Assembly (NCBI GenBank): GCA_964512105.1
Contig: CAZEGI010000002.1
Coordinates: forward strand, 15,125 to 79,124
DNA length: 64,000 nt
Reading direction: 5' to 3'
Origin: an uncultured archaeon
GTDB taxonomy: Archaea > Altiarchaeota > Altiarchaeia > IMC4 > CAZEGI01
Position 1 is the first letter of the stretch. Each line of letters opens with the position of its first letter. The translations under genes were made by a program, and so were the position numbers. Shown here in pieces: positions 55,825-64,000 of this stretch. Under the pieces are notes generated by a model. The model made no database searches, was not told where the DNA came from, and saw nothing but the letters and a program-made list of their open reading frames with translations.

Positions 55825-56701
55825 TTTTCAGATTTTTCGTCGTTTTTGCGATTTCCCATCTGTACGGGTTTCTACCCAGAACGTAAAAATCCACGATTGC
55901 CGATGCTCTTGAATACGCCTCCAGCAGAACTGCCATGACAAGAAATAGCAACCTCGTAGGGTTTAGCTCGACATGCTTGAGTACCACCTTCAACACAGCC
56001 AACGCATCCATGGTCAGTGGCGCGTAATCCTGGTTTTTTTTCAGATGCAGATGGCCGATGTAAATCCGTTTCCTCTGTCTTATCAAATCCAAAACGGTTT
56101 CAGGACCCTTGTTCTTCACGATTGCGTCCGGTGCATAGGCCAGGATATACCCTTTTTTTGTAACCATCGACTCAATCCATGCCTCGTCCGCAGCAGTGTT
56201 TTTGGGTATCTGTTTTATAATGTTCCTGAACGCCACCAACTCACCGGCCTTCGGTTTGATTCTTGATATTTCGTGGTGAAGTCTCCATATCAGTTGTACT
56301 GAAAATCCGAGCAGCGTGTTCGGGCCATCAACCGGAACCGGATGTCCGCCGACCATGCCAACCCTCTCATCCGCAAAGGGCTTTACAAGGTTTTCTATTG
56401 CGTTTTCAGCCGGCAGCGTGTCCGCGCTCTCCAGAACAACAATATCTCCCTTAACGTTCTTCAGGTAGAGGTTGACCGCAGATGCCTTCCCCTCGCGTTC
56501 ACGCTGCGTTATCAGTTGCACCCTCGAATCCTGGTTGGAAAATCTTTTTACTATGCCTTCCGTGTCGTCCGTGCATCCGCTTGCAACGACAACTACTTGC
56601 ACTATCCTGCCGGATGAAATTTTTTGCGACAGCAAACTCTCGAGAAGTTTCTTTATGTTCCCCCCTTCGTTGTACGCCATTATGCCGATGCTTATGTCCA
56701 T
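55817..56701 (-). CDS. GT2 glycosyltransferase
   Basis: IMAYNE, SGCTDDT, GKASAVN, SADT, QRKRI. Confidence 0.9.
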   Translation of the reverse strand: MDISIGIMAYNEGGNIKKLLESLLSQKISSGRIVQVVVVASGCTDDTEGIVKRFSNQDSRVQLITQREREGKASAVNLYLKNVKGDIVVLESADTLPAENAIENLVKPFADERVGMVGGHPVPVDGPNTLLGFSVQLIWRLHHEISRIKPKAGELVAFRNIIKQIPKNTAADEAWIESMVTKKGYILAYAPDAIVKNKGPETVLDLIRQRKRIYIGHLHLKKNQDYAPLTMDALAVLKVVLKHVELNPTRLLFLVMAVLLEAYSRASAIVDFYVLGRNPYRWEIAKTTKNLKNV

Positions 56702-56702
56702 C

Positions 56703-59700
56703 CTACATGAAATCCGATAAACTTTGCTGTTCCGAAAGCTGGTTTGTAAACACTGATTTTATTTCCCTGTCTAGGAGCATCAACCTCTGTTTAATGTACT
56801 CTGAAAGACCGTATTCATTTGCAAGTTTTGTCGAAACGCCCAGGTATTTCCTTATGGTTCCCTCGGAAACCGTCAGCAATATGCGGCCGCCGCACTTCGT
56901 GCACTTTCCAATCAGTGGAACCCTCCTGTAGTTGGCGTTGCACTTCACGCATCTGAAGTGCTGCCTGCTGTACGCCCTCAGGTTACCGTACGTGTCCCGC
57001 AGAAAATGCGAATTTATCAGCAGTTCCGCAACCTTCCTTTCGTCTATCGCGCGGATTTTTTTCGCTATCCCCAATTGCGAATCGACCTTTTCCTCCATCG
57101 TCTTCAATTTAACGTACGTACTTTCCTTCACCGGCCCCGAAACGTCCGCGGTATCGTTCGTAAACCTCAGGCCCGAATACGGGTCTGTATCCAGAACATT
57201 CCGCACTATGTTGACGCCTGCGCTTCCGGGTTCAACACCCTTCCATGCGCTTTCGTAGAACTCTGCAGGATAGTGGTCCACAATCTCCATCTTGTGTGCC
57301 TCGTCATCTATCTCCTTCGGGTTCAGGATCGTGGTTATGACCAGCGGGGCGTCCATGTAACCGCCGCGTTTTTCCGGCAGATACTTCCGTGAAAAGTTTA
57401 CGAGCGCGTCCAGCAGCAGCATGAACGCATCCTCGTCGCCATCGCAGTTCCTTCTCTTCGCGGCGTGCCAGTACGGATGCGCGTAACACACGTTTGCGGT
57501 CGTGAATCCTGCAATCCTCCCTATGATGCCGGCGGACGTGTGCGGTGCAAGCCCCACCACGAGATGTCCGAGCAAATCGTTGATGTTTCCCGCTTTGTAA
57601 AACGGCTCGAGCCCGTAAAACCGGGTTAGGAGTTCGTCAATAAACTTTGAAGTTTTCAGCAGGTATTCCGCTCCGCTCCTCGGTATTATGACATCCTGCA
57701 CCTTAAGCTCAAGAATCTGGTTTTCATCTTTAAGTTCATTACCAAGATAATCCTTACCGTATCCCAGCCCCCCCAGTTTCTCAACACTTACGTCAACTTC
57801 GCGCGGTTTGAAGTGCGTCAGGGGAGCATCGGTCGCATCAAAGCGCACGGTCCCATCCTTGAATACCGTTATGCTGTTCCTTGCCCTCAGAATCCCCTTT
57901 TCCAGTGGCTCGGGAACCTTGCATTCGGATATCATCCCCTTGACCCCCTTCACGAGATTCGCGTGTCCGACCTTCTCCGTTGCGTTCTGCCACAGGTCCT
58001 TTATGCGCACTTCCCTGAACTCATACAACAGCGTCCTGTTTCTGCACCTCGGGCAAAGTTCCTCATTACCAGTACGTTTGCACGACGGGCATATCCTTCT
58101 TGAAATTGTTGGTTCTCCGCATTCCGGACAGATTGAATAAATCGTGTTCAACCTGCACTTTGGGCATTCGCGTCTTGTTATCTCGACCCGGATGGTTTCT
58201 CTGTCAACGGCAGCGTTTATGCTCCGCTCCTTGCCGCCTGCGTTTCCAACCGGAAACAGCGAATGGACAGGGGGCTGCATCTTCCTCTCCTTGGCCTTTT
58301 CCGGGCGGCCCATCCTGCAGCCGATGTATGTTCCGGATTTGGGTTTCAAAGTCAGCAATGAGCATGCGCCGACTACATCAAAACCGGTTCCGCCTTTTTT
58401 TTCTTCAAAAATCAAATCGAATTTTTTTCTGTCTATCAAATGTCCGTCAAAAATACCAAGCTGGTAGAGTAATGGCAGATACTCTTCCACCACAACGGAA
58501 CCGTCATTCACAAGATGCGGCACACCAACCAGTTCCAAAATCTTTTTTGCGTCTTTATTATCCGTAAGGATTAAACCGTCAGCAGAAATCCTACCCGCAA
58601 CTAGCCACTCAACCAGAATCCTCAAATCCTCCCCGCTCACATCCTCCCAGCGATACGTGTATTTTGGATGTAATGGAACCTTATTCCCCAAGGAAAATTT
58701 AACCGCCTCGTTCGCGGTCATTCTTACATCCGGTTTTCTGCCGGTCTTATCCTCAACATCCGTTGCCCACCATTCCTCACAGTAACCTGCGGGCAGAAGT
58801 GCCGTATTCGTCTGCAGGAAATCACCGTACGACACAAGAATGTCACCCAAGAAAAGTATCTCTGACACGTCGTTCTTGATTTTCTTTGCCTGCTCTTCAG
58901 TTTCAACCCTCACAACGCTGCCGTCTTTCAACCTGACAATCGGGCCCTCAACCGTATCGCACGGCGTGACAATGCCGCCCTTTCCGGGGCGTTCAACCTT
59001 TATCTGCGTTCCGGTTGCAAGGAATCCATCCAGGAGTATGAAGGTTGCTGGGTGCATGGATTTCGCTGCTATTCCCGAAACCCTCGACCTGCCGTAACGC
59101 AGCCTGAAGCCGCCCTTCGCGGATGCTGCCGCAAACACCGGTCGGCCGCCGACGAGATCCTCCATAAACGCCGCATCCTTGTCTTTTTTTTCGTCGGATT
59201 TTTTCTTGCCCGTTTCTTTCAGCCAGTTCCAGTCCAGTCCGAATTTTGCGGAATGCTTTATCAACCCCCTGGATTTTTGCGCTATTCCTTCGGCAATGAC
59301 CAGGCACGCGCCTCCGCGAATCCTGTTGGTCTCAACCCTTGCCAAGTCCCTATGAATCGAAACCTCGCGCTCTTCGGTGGGGTCGCCATCCACGCATACT
59401 GCAAGGTTTTTCACTATGTAACGCACATCGTCGTCGCTCGGCGTGTACTGCAGTCTCGCGATTCTCTCGTCGTAAATCTTTATCTCCTCTACATACCTCT
59501 CAACTTCGTCGTTGGTCGGCCTGTATCCCTGCAGGTCGAATTTACCCCTTATGTAATCTCCGAGCAAGACGGCCATTCCCTGCGCGGTTCCGCCCGCGCT
59601 TCTTATCGGGCCCGCAAAGTATATCGCAAGGTACTCGGAACCGTCTGGATTACTTTTTATCTTGACCTTGGATATACCTTCGATAGGTGCCGCAACAACG

Positions 59701-60011
59701 CCTTCGGTTAATATCGCAAGGCCGGTTCTCAGCGCTTGCTCCATCTGCGTCTCCTTTGCGGACTTTGTCATTGACGGCCCGGGTTGAAGTATGGTGTCTA
59801 TTATCTCGGATATGTTGTGCCTTCCCCTACTCCTTATCCTCTCGGCAATTCCTTTCGGGCCGACGAGACCCTCAACCCGCGCTGCAAGGTCGCCGGCGGG
59901 CGTTGCCTCAACTTCCGTTTCCGGGTCAAAGCCTTTTTTCCTGGCACGGTTCGCCAGTTCGTAACCCTGCTCTATCTTGGCCCTTATCTCGTTTTCGTAT
60001 TCGTGCTCCAT
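56703..60011 (-). CDS. polC: DNA polymerase D large subunit DP2 (no intein)
   Basis: AGPIRSAGGT, GFRLRYGR, RMGRPEK, KRRNCDGDED, C-terminal zinc finger. Confidence 0.98.
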   Translation of the reverse strand: MEHEYENEIRAKIEQGYELANRARKKGFDPETEVEATPAGDLAARVEGLVGPKGIAERIRSRGRHNISEIIDTILQPGPSMTKSAKETQMEQALRTGLAILTEGVVAAPIEGISKVKIKSNPDGSEYLAIYFAGPIRSAGGTAQGMAVLLGDYIRGKFDLQGYRPTNDEVERYVEEIKIYDERIARLQYTPSDDDVRYIVKNLAVCVDGDPTEEREVSIHRDLARVETNRIRGGACLVIAEGIAQKSRGLIKHSAKFGLDWNWLKETGKKKSDEKKDKDAAFMEDLVGGRPVFAAASAKGGFRLRYGRSRVSGIAAKSMHPATFILLDGFLATGTQIKVERPGKGGIVTPCDTVEGPIVRLKDGSVVRVETEEQAKKIKNDVSEILFLGDILVSYGDFLQTNTALLPAGYCEEWWATDVEDKTGRKPDVRMTANEAVKFSLGNKVPLHPKYTYRWEDVSGEDLRILVEWLVAGRISADGLILTDNKDAKKILELVGVPHLVNDGSVVVEEYLPLLYQLGIFDGHLIDRKKFDLIFEEKKGGTGFDVVGACSLLTLKPKSGTYIGCRMGRPEKAKERKMQPPVHSLFPVGNAGGKERSINAAVDRETIRVEITRRECPKCRLNTIYSICPECGEPTISRRICPSCKRTGNEELCPRCRNRTLLYEFREVRIKDLWQNATEKVGHANLVKGVKGMISECKVPEPLEKGILRARNSITVFKDGTVRFDATDAPLTHFKPREVDVSVEKLGGLGYGKDYLGNELKDENQILELKVQDVIIPRSGAEYLLKTSKFIDELLTRFYGLEPFYKAGNINDLLGHLVVGLAPHTSAGIIGRIAGFTTANVCYAHPYWHAAKRRNCDGDEDAFMLLLDALVNFSRKYLPEKRGGYMDAPLVITTILNPKEIDDEAHKMEIVDHYPAEFYESAWKGVEPGSAGVNIVRNVLDTDPYSGLRFTNDTADVSGPVKESTYVKLKTMEEKVDSQLGIAKKIRAIDERKVAELLINSHFLRDTYGNLRAYSRQHFRCVKCNANYRRVPLIGKCTKCGGRILLTVSEGTIRKYLGVSTKLANEYGLSEYIKQRLMLLDREIKSVFTNQLSEQQSLSDFM

Positions 60012-60012
60012 C

Positions 60013-61464
60013 CTAAAAGTACAACATCGAAACCTCGTGATTCTGAAGATTCATCACCGGCAGTCTTGCAGGCGTTGGCTGGTGGCCCAGCTGTTCCTGG
60101 TATTTCGTCTTGCCCTGCCACGTTCCAGAATTCACCACACTGACGCCGCGGTATGTTGCATAACCGTTGGTGTGAACGTGACCGCAGTGCAGTATGTCCG
60201 GAATCTTGTCTATGACCATGTAATCCCTGTCCTCCGGCATAATCCCATCTTCACCGTAAACGGGACAGAGGTGCCGTTTTTTGAGATACTCTATCATGGC
60301 CCTCTCAGGGGTTGCATAGGTGCATTCCGCGAGGTTGCCTATCATGGTATCAAGACTAGTGCCATGATACATGAGTGTCTTGACGCCGTGCGTTGAAACC
60401 ATCACAGGATTACCAACAATGTGCACATTGGACAGCTCATACAACCTTCCGCCTATGTCCCTGTCCAGTTTTGGCTGCGGCTCCGCCCTTCTCACGGCGT
60501 CATGGTTGCCCATGCACATAACTATCTCTATGTAATCCGGCACCCTTTCCAATAAACCTGCAAGAAAGTCGTACTGTTTATGTATATCCGGAATTGACAG
60601 CTCCTCCTCCTGTTTCGGATAAATGCCTACACCGTCAACAAGGTCTCCGGCCACAAAAAGGTACTTGACCCTTTCCGACACGTCCCTTCTGTTGCCCTTG
60701 AGGTTCAGCCAGTCCAGGAAATTGTTGAATTCCTTCTCCAGAAACAAATAACTGCCGATATGCAGGTCGGATATGAACGCCACGCACACCGGTACATCAG
60801 CCATGTTCCTGATGTGGTCCAAGGGCAGGTCGGGCTCTGAAATCTCCGAGGCAACCAGAAGTTCGTTGTACATTTTTCCGCTGACGCCAATAACCTCGTC
60901 CAGCAGTATTGTTTCGTACTGCCTCAACAGTGCGGGTTTGTCCAGCGGCACCATAACGGTGATGCTTCCGGTCGGGTCTTCAACCTCAAGAAATCTGTAC
61001 CCCTTTTCGCTTTTGCGCTTGTCCGTGACTATGCCTATGATTGTTGCATCCTCGTTTTTTTTGACATCCTTTATCTGCTCCGCCGAACGCAGATTAACCC
61101 GCTCCCTAAGGATTCTTGCTATCTTGCTGTATCTCTGGTTGAAATGCTTTACAAAGTCGTCCACCGTTCCCTCGCAACTCGATTTGTCCGACACGTCGCT
61201 CTGCTCGTATATCACCAACTCCGGCTCAATATCCTTCGCGAGTATGTGTTTTGTTTTTACAACCTCAACCTTGGGTTCTAACGTTTCCTTCGCCTTTATG
61301 AACTCCATGATGAATTCATCCGTTATAAGCCAAACGTTCCTCTCTTTCGCAATCTTTATCATCCCATCCACATCAATGCCGTTCTCCACCAGGTCCTCAA
61401 ATCCGTGCGAACTTACCAGTAAACCGTTCTCTGCAAGTTTTGATGTTACTGTTTTGATGTCCAT
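60013..61464 (-). CDS. polB: DNA polymerase D small (exonuclease) subunit DP1
   Basis: SDLHIGS, GDLVDG, GNHD, HG, GHVH; start ATG 61464 or TTG 61476. Confidence 0.96.
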   Translation of the reverse strand: MDIKTVTSKLAENGLLVSSHGFEDLVENGIDVDGMIKIAKERNVWLITDEFIMEFIKAKETLEPKVEVVKTKHILAKDIEPELVIYEQSDVSDKSSCEGTVDDFVKHFNQRYSKIARILRERVNLRSAEQIKDVKKNEDATIIGIVTDKRKSEKGYRFLEVEDPTGSITVMVPLDKPALLRQYETILLDEVIGVSGKMYNELLVASEISEPDLPLDHIRNMADVPVCVAFISDLHIGSYLFLEKEFNNFLDWLNLKGNRRDVSERVKYLFVAGDLVDGVGIYPKQEEELSIPDIHKQYDFLAGLLERVPDYIEIVMCMGNHDAVRRAEPQPKLDRDIGGRLYELSNVHIVGNPVMVSTHGVKTLMYHGTSLDTMIGNLAECTYATPERAMIEYLKKRHLCPVYGEDGIMPEDRDYMVIDKIPDILHCGHVHTNGYATYRGVSVVNSGTWQGKTKYQEQLGHQPTPARLPVMNLQNHEVSMLYF

Positions 61465-61542
61465 ATCGCCAGCCAAAGAAATAGTGTGTTATAGATTCTT
61501 CAGACGGAAATATAACTAAAGAAAAAAAAAAGAACCAAGTTC

Positions 61543-62508
61543 TTATTGCGTTGCACTCGATTTGAACCAGTGGAGCTTGTGTTCCTCCCCCGGAGGTTTC
61601 TGCTCGAAAAACTTCCCTACCTTCTCGACAACCACAGTTCCCGCGCTCTTCTGCGCCTCGCTGGTTCCTGATGCGAGATGCGGGGTTAAAACGATATTCT
61701 CGAGCTGCATCAACGGGCTGTCCACGGGCGGCTCCTTTGCGTAAACATCCAAACCAGCGGCCTTTATCGTTCCGTTCTTCAGCGCGTCGTACAGCGCGGC
61801 TTCGTCAATCACAACGCCCCTCGCGGTGTTTATTACGACTGCAGTCGGTTTCATCAGCTTAAGGCGCTCGGCATTCATCATTCCTCTGGTTGCGTCCGTT
61901 GCAGGAACATGCAGTGAAACAACGTCCGATCTCCTTAACAGTTCCTCAAGAGCAACAAATTCCGCACCGAACTCTTTCGCGTCCTCGGACGTGATTGCCG
62001 GGTCGGATGCTAAAATTTTCATTCCGAACGCCTTTGCCCTCAATGCGACTTCCCTACCAATCCTCCCAAAGCCTATAAGTCCAAGGATTTTTCCATACAA
62101 CTCGTTCCCTGAAAATTTCTTCCTGTCCCACTGTCCCGCCCTCATGCTCTTGTCAGCCTGTGGAACATTCCTCAGTGTAGCAATCATCAAACCAATCGCA
62201 TGTTCTGCCACAGACACGGTTGACGATTCCGGTGAATTCACAATTTCGATACCCCTTGCCCGTGCGGCCGTTACGTCCACGTTGTCAAGCCCGACCCCAG
62301 CCCTTCCAATGATCTTCAGCGTGCTGGCATCTATAACCTCCTTCGTAACCTTCGTGCTGCTTCTCACTATAATCGCATCGTAACCCTTAATCTTCTGAAT
62401 CAGCATTTCCGGCGTCAGACCAATCTCAACATCAACATCAGCGAATTCTCTTGCCAGGGCAACCGCATCTTCATGCAGTTTATCCGAAATCAGGATACGT
62501 GGTTTCAT
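61543..62508 (-). CDS. serA: D-3-phosphoglycerate dehydrogenase family (short form, no ACT domain)
   Basis: GRAGVGLDNVD, GFGRIG, NTARG, LTPHL; start MKPRIL. Confidence 0.85.
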   Translation of the reverse strand: MKPRILISDKLHEDAVALAREFADVDVEIGLTPEMLIQKIKGYDAIIVRSSTKVTKEVIDASTLKIIGRAGVGLDNVDVTAARARGIEIVNSPESSTVSVAEHAIGLMIATLRNVPQADKSMRAGQWDRKKFSGNELYGKILGLIGFGRIGREVALRAKAFGMKILASDPAITSEDAKEFGAEFVALEELLRRSDVVSLHVPATDATRGMMNAERLKLMKPTAVVINTARGVVIDEAALYDALKNGTIKAAGLDVYAKEPPVDSPLMQLENIVLTPHLASGTSEAQKSAGTVVVEKVGKFFEQKPPGEEHKLHWFKSSATQ

Positions 62509-62585
62509 TGTGTTATGTATTCGGTAATTAAATAAAAAAATGTTGGGTTTTATTATAAAAAACCCATATAGTATAGGTGGCATAA

Positions 62586-63506
62586 ATGGTGGACATCTCA
62601 ACAAATGTTGGAAAACTAAAGCTGAAAAATCCGACAATACTTGCCTCCGGTTTTCTCGGGGTTTCCGCCTCCATGTTGCAACGCGTTGCCAACAACGGCG
62701 CAGGCGCTGTGACAACTAAATCCATTGGTCTTGAAAAACGCAAGGGTCACCACAACCCCACTGTTGTCGAGGTTACAGCCGGTCTGCTGAATGCGGTTGG
62801 TCTTTCAACTCCAGGAATTAACGAATCCCTGGATGAACTGAAAATTTTGCTTAAAAAAATACGTGTCCCAGTGATCGTCAGCATTTACGGAAAAACCGTG
62901 AAGGAATACGGCATTATAGCTGAACGCGTGTCCGAAATCAAGCCGAGCATGCTCGAGGTAAATATCTCATGCCCGAACGTAGAGGATGAATTCGGAAGGC
63001 CGTTCGGCACGGATGCGAAAACTTCTGCTCACGTTACCAAAATCGTAAAGAACAACACAAAACTACCGGTAGCAGTAAAACTCACGCCAAACGTCACGGA
63101 CATAAAACCAATCGCAAAGTCCGTGGAAGAAGCCGGAGCGGACGCCATAACTGCAATCAATACACTCGGTCCGGGAATGCTCATAAACATCGAAACAAAA
63201 AAACCGGTGCTTGCCAACCGAACTGGTGGTTTGTCCGGGCCCGCAATAAAACCCATAGCAGTAAGGTGCGTTTATGACATCTACGAAACCGTGGACATCC
63301 CGATAATCGGAATGGGCGGCATCATGAACGGAAAAGACGCAGTCGAGTTCGTGCTGGCAGGCGCGTCCGCAGTCGGCATAGGTACTGGAATATTATATCG
63401 AGGGATAGACATTTTCGACAAGGTCAACAAGGAAATCAAAACATACATGAAGGAAAATCACCACAAAAACCTCAAGCAGCTAATCGGCAAAGCGCACGAA
63501 GAATGA
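62586..63506 (+). CDS. pyrD: Dihydroorotate dehydrogenase, class 1B catalytic subunit
   Basis: NPTILASG, TTKS, NISCPN, KLTPN, GGLSGPAIKP. Confidence 0.96.
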   Translation: MVDISTNVGKLKLKNPTILASGFLGVSASMLQRVANNGAGAVTTKSIGLEKRKGHHNPTVVEVTAGLLNAVGLSTPGINESLDELKILLKKIRVPVIVSIYGKTVKEYGIIAERVSEIKPSMLEVNISCPNVEDEFGRPFGTDAKTSAHVTKIVKNNTKLPVAVKLTPNVTDIKPIAKSVEEAGADAITAINTLGPGMLINIETKKPVLANRTGGLSGPAIKPIAVRCVYDIYETVDIPIIGMGGIMNGKDAVEFVLAGASAVGIGTGILYRGIDIFDKVNKEIKTYMKENHHKNLKQLIGKAHEE

Positions 63507-64000
63507 AATTCGGAACAGGCGGAAACAGACTCTGGAACCCTAGCAACGTTCCGGAGATGGCAAAAATCTTAAAGGTAAAAAAAGAAACGCCCACTATAAA
63601 GAGTTTTGTTCTCGACAGGGAATTCGATGTTAAGCCCGGACAGTTTTTCATGTTATGGCTTCCAGGCATTGATGAAAAGCCGTTCAGCTTCAGCAGCAAA
63701 AAACCGTTTTGCATAACGGTGAAAAAAGTTGGCGAATTCACTGGGAAAATGCATGCGTTGAAAAAAGGCAAGATTGGGATTCGAGGCCCGTACGGCAATG
63801 GTTTTAGCATAAAGGGCAATGAAATTTGCATTATTGCCGGCGGCGTTGGCATTGCGCCGCTAATGCCCGTTCTTAAGGAGTGCACTAAAAAAAGGAAAAA
63901 AACAACAGTAATCCTCGGGGCAAAAACAAAAAACGAATTGTTGTTTGTTGACAGGATAAAAAAGACGAACGCAGAGTTGATCATCACAACGGATGACGGA
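63503..64000 (+). CDS. pyrK: Dihydroorotate dehydrogenase electron-transfer subunit (partial, runs off the window)
   Basis: Frame from ATG 63503: PGQFFMLWLPGIDEKPFS, GIRGPYGNGF, GGVGIAPL. Confidence 0.92.
   Translation, partial: MKFGTGGNRLWNPSNVPEMAKILKVKKETPTIKSFVLDREFDVKPGQFFMLWLPGIDEKPFSFSSKKPFCITVKKVGEFTGKMHALKKGKIGIRGPYGNGFSIKGNEICIIAGGVGIAPLMPVLKECTKKRKKTTVILGAKTKNELLFVDRIKKTNAELIITTDDG

Noticed and set aside
56703..60011. Inteins in DP2, RFC or the Lon-like ATPase
   Set aside because: Lengths are normal and the motifs are uninterrupted

Overview
Archaeal chromosomal segment (PolD DP1/DP2, RFC, GINS, Alba, Rpo4, archaeal r-proteins, archease; lineage cannot be fixed from this window). 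Contents: a redox/Fe-S block (0.1-6.2 kb), valS/dph6/rps17e/sppA, tRNA-Gly(GCC), a ~27 kb surface-glycosylation cluster (11.4-38.2 kb), and housekeeping genes (38-64 kb), including an acs gene frameshifted by a 17-nt tandem duplication. The most striking signals are non-coding. (1) A family of ~50-160 nt ORF-less hairpin elements, each starting with an A/T-rich stem-loop and (in the complete copies) ending in a second, often slightly diverged copy of the host sequence it interrupts. Four are stacked around tRNA-Gly, one sits at the rfcS start and one precedes an orphan tRNA 3' half at the window start. (2) A second ~110 nt two-hairpin element lies immediately before the ATGA start of both ileS and rpl21e; it resembles IS200/IS605 ends and could also act as a structured translational leader. 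No transposase, integrase or reverse transcriptase is encoded in the window. IleRS has non-canonical ALHH/KMSSS motifs. All calls are by-eye motif recognition; no searches were run.
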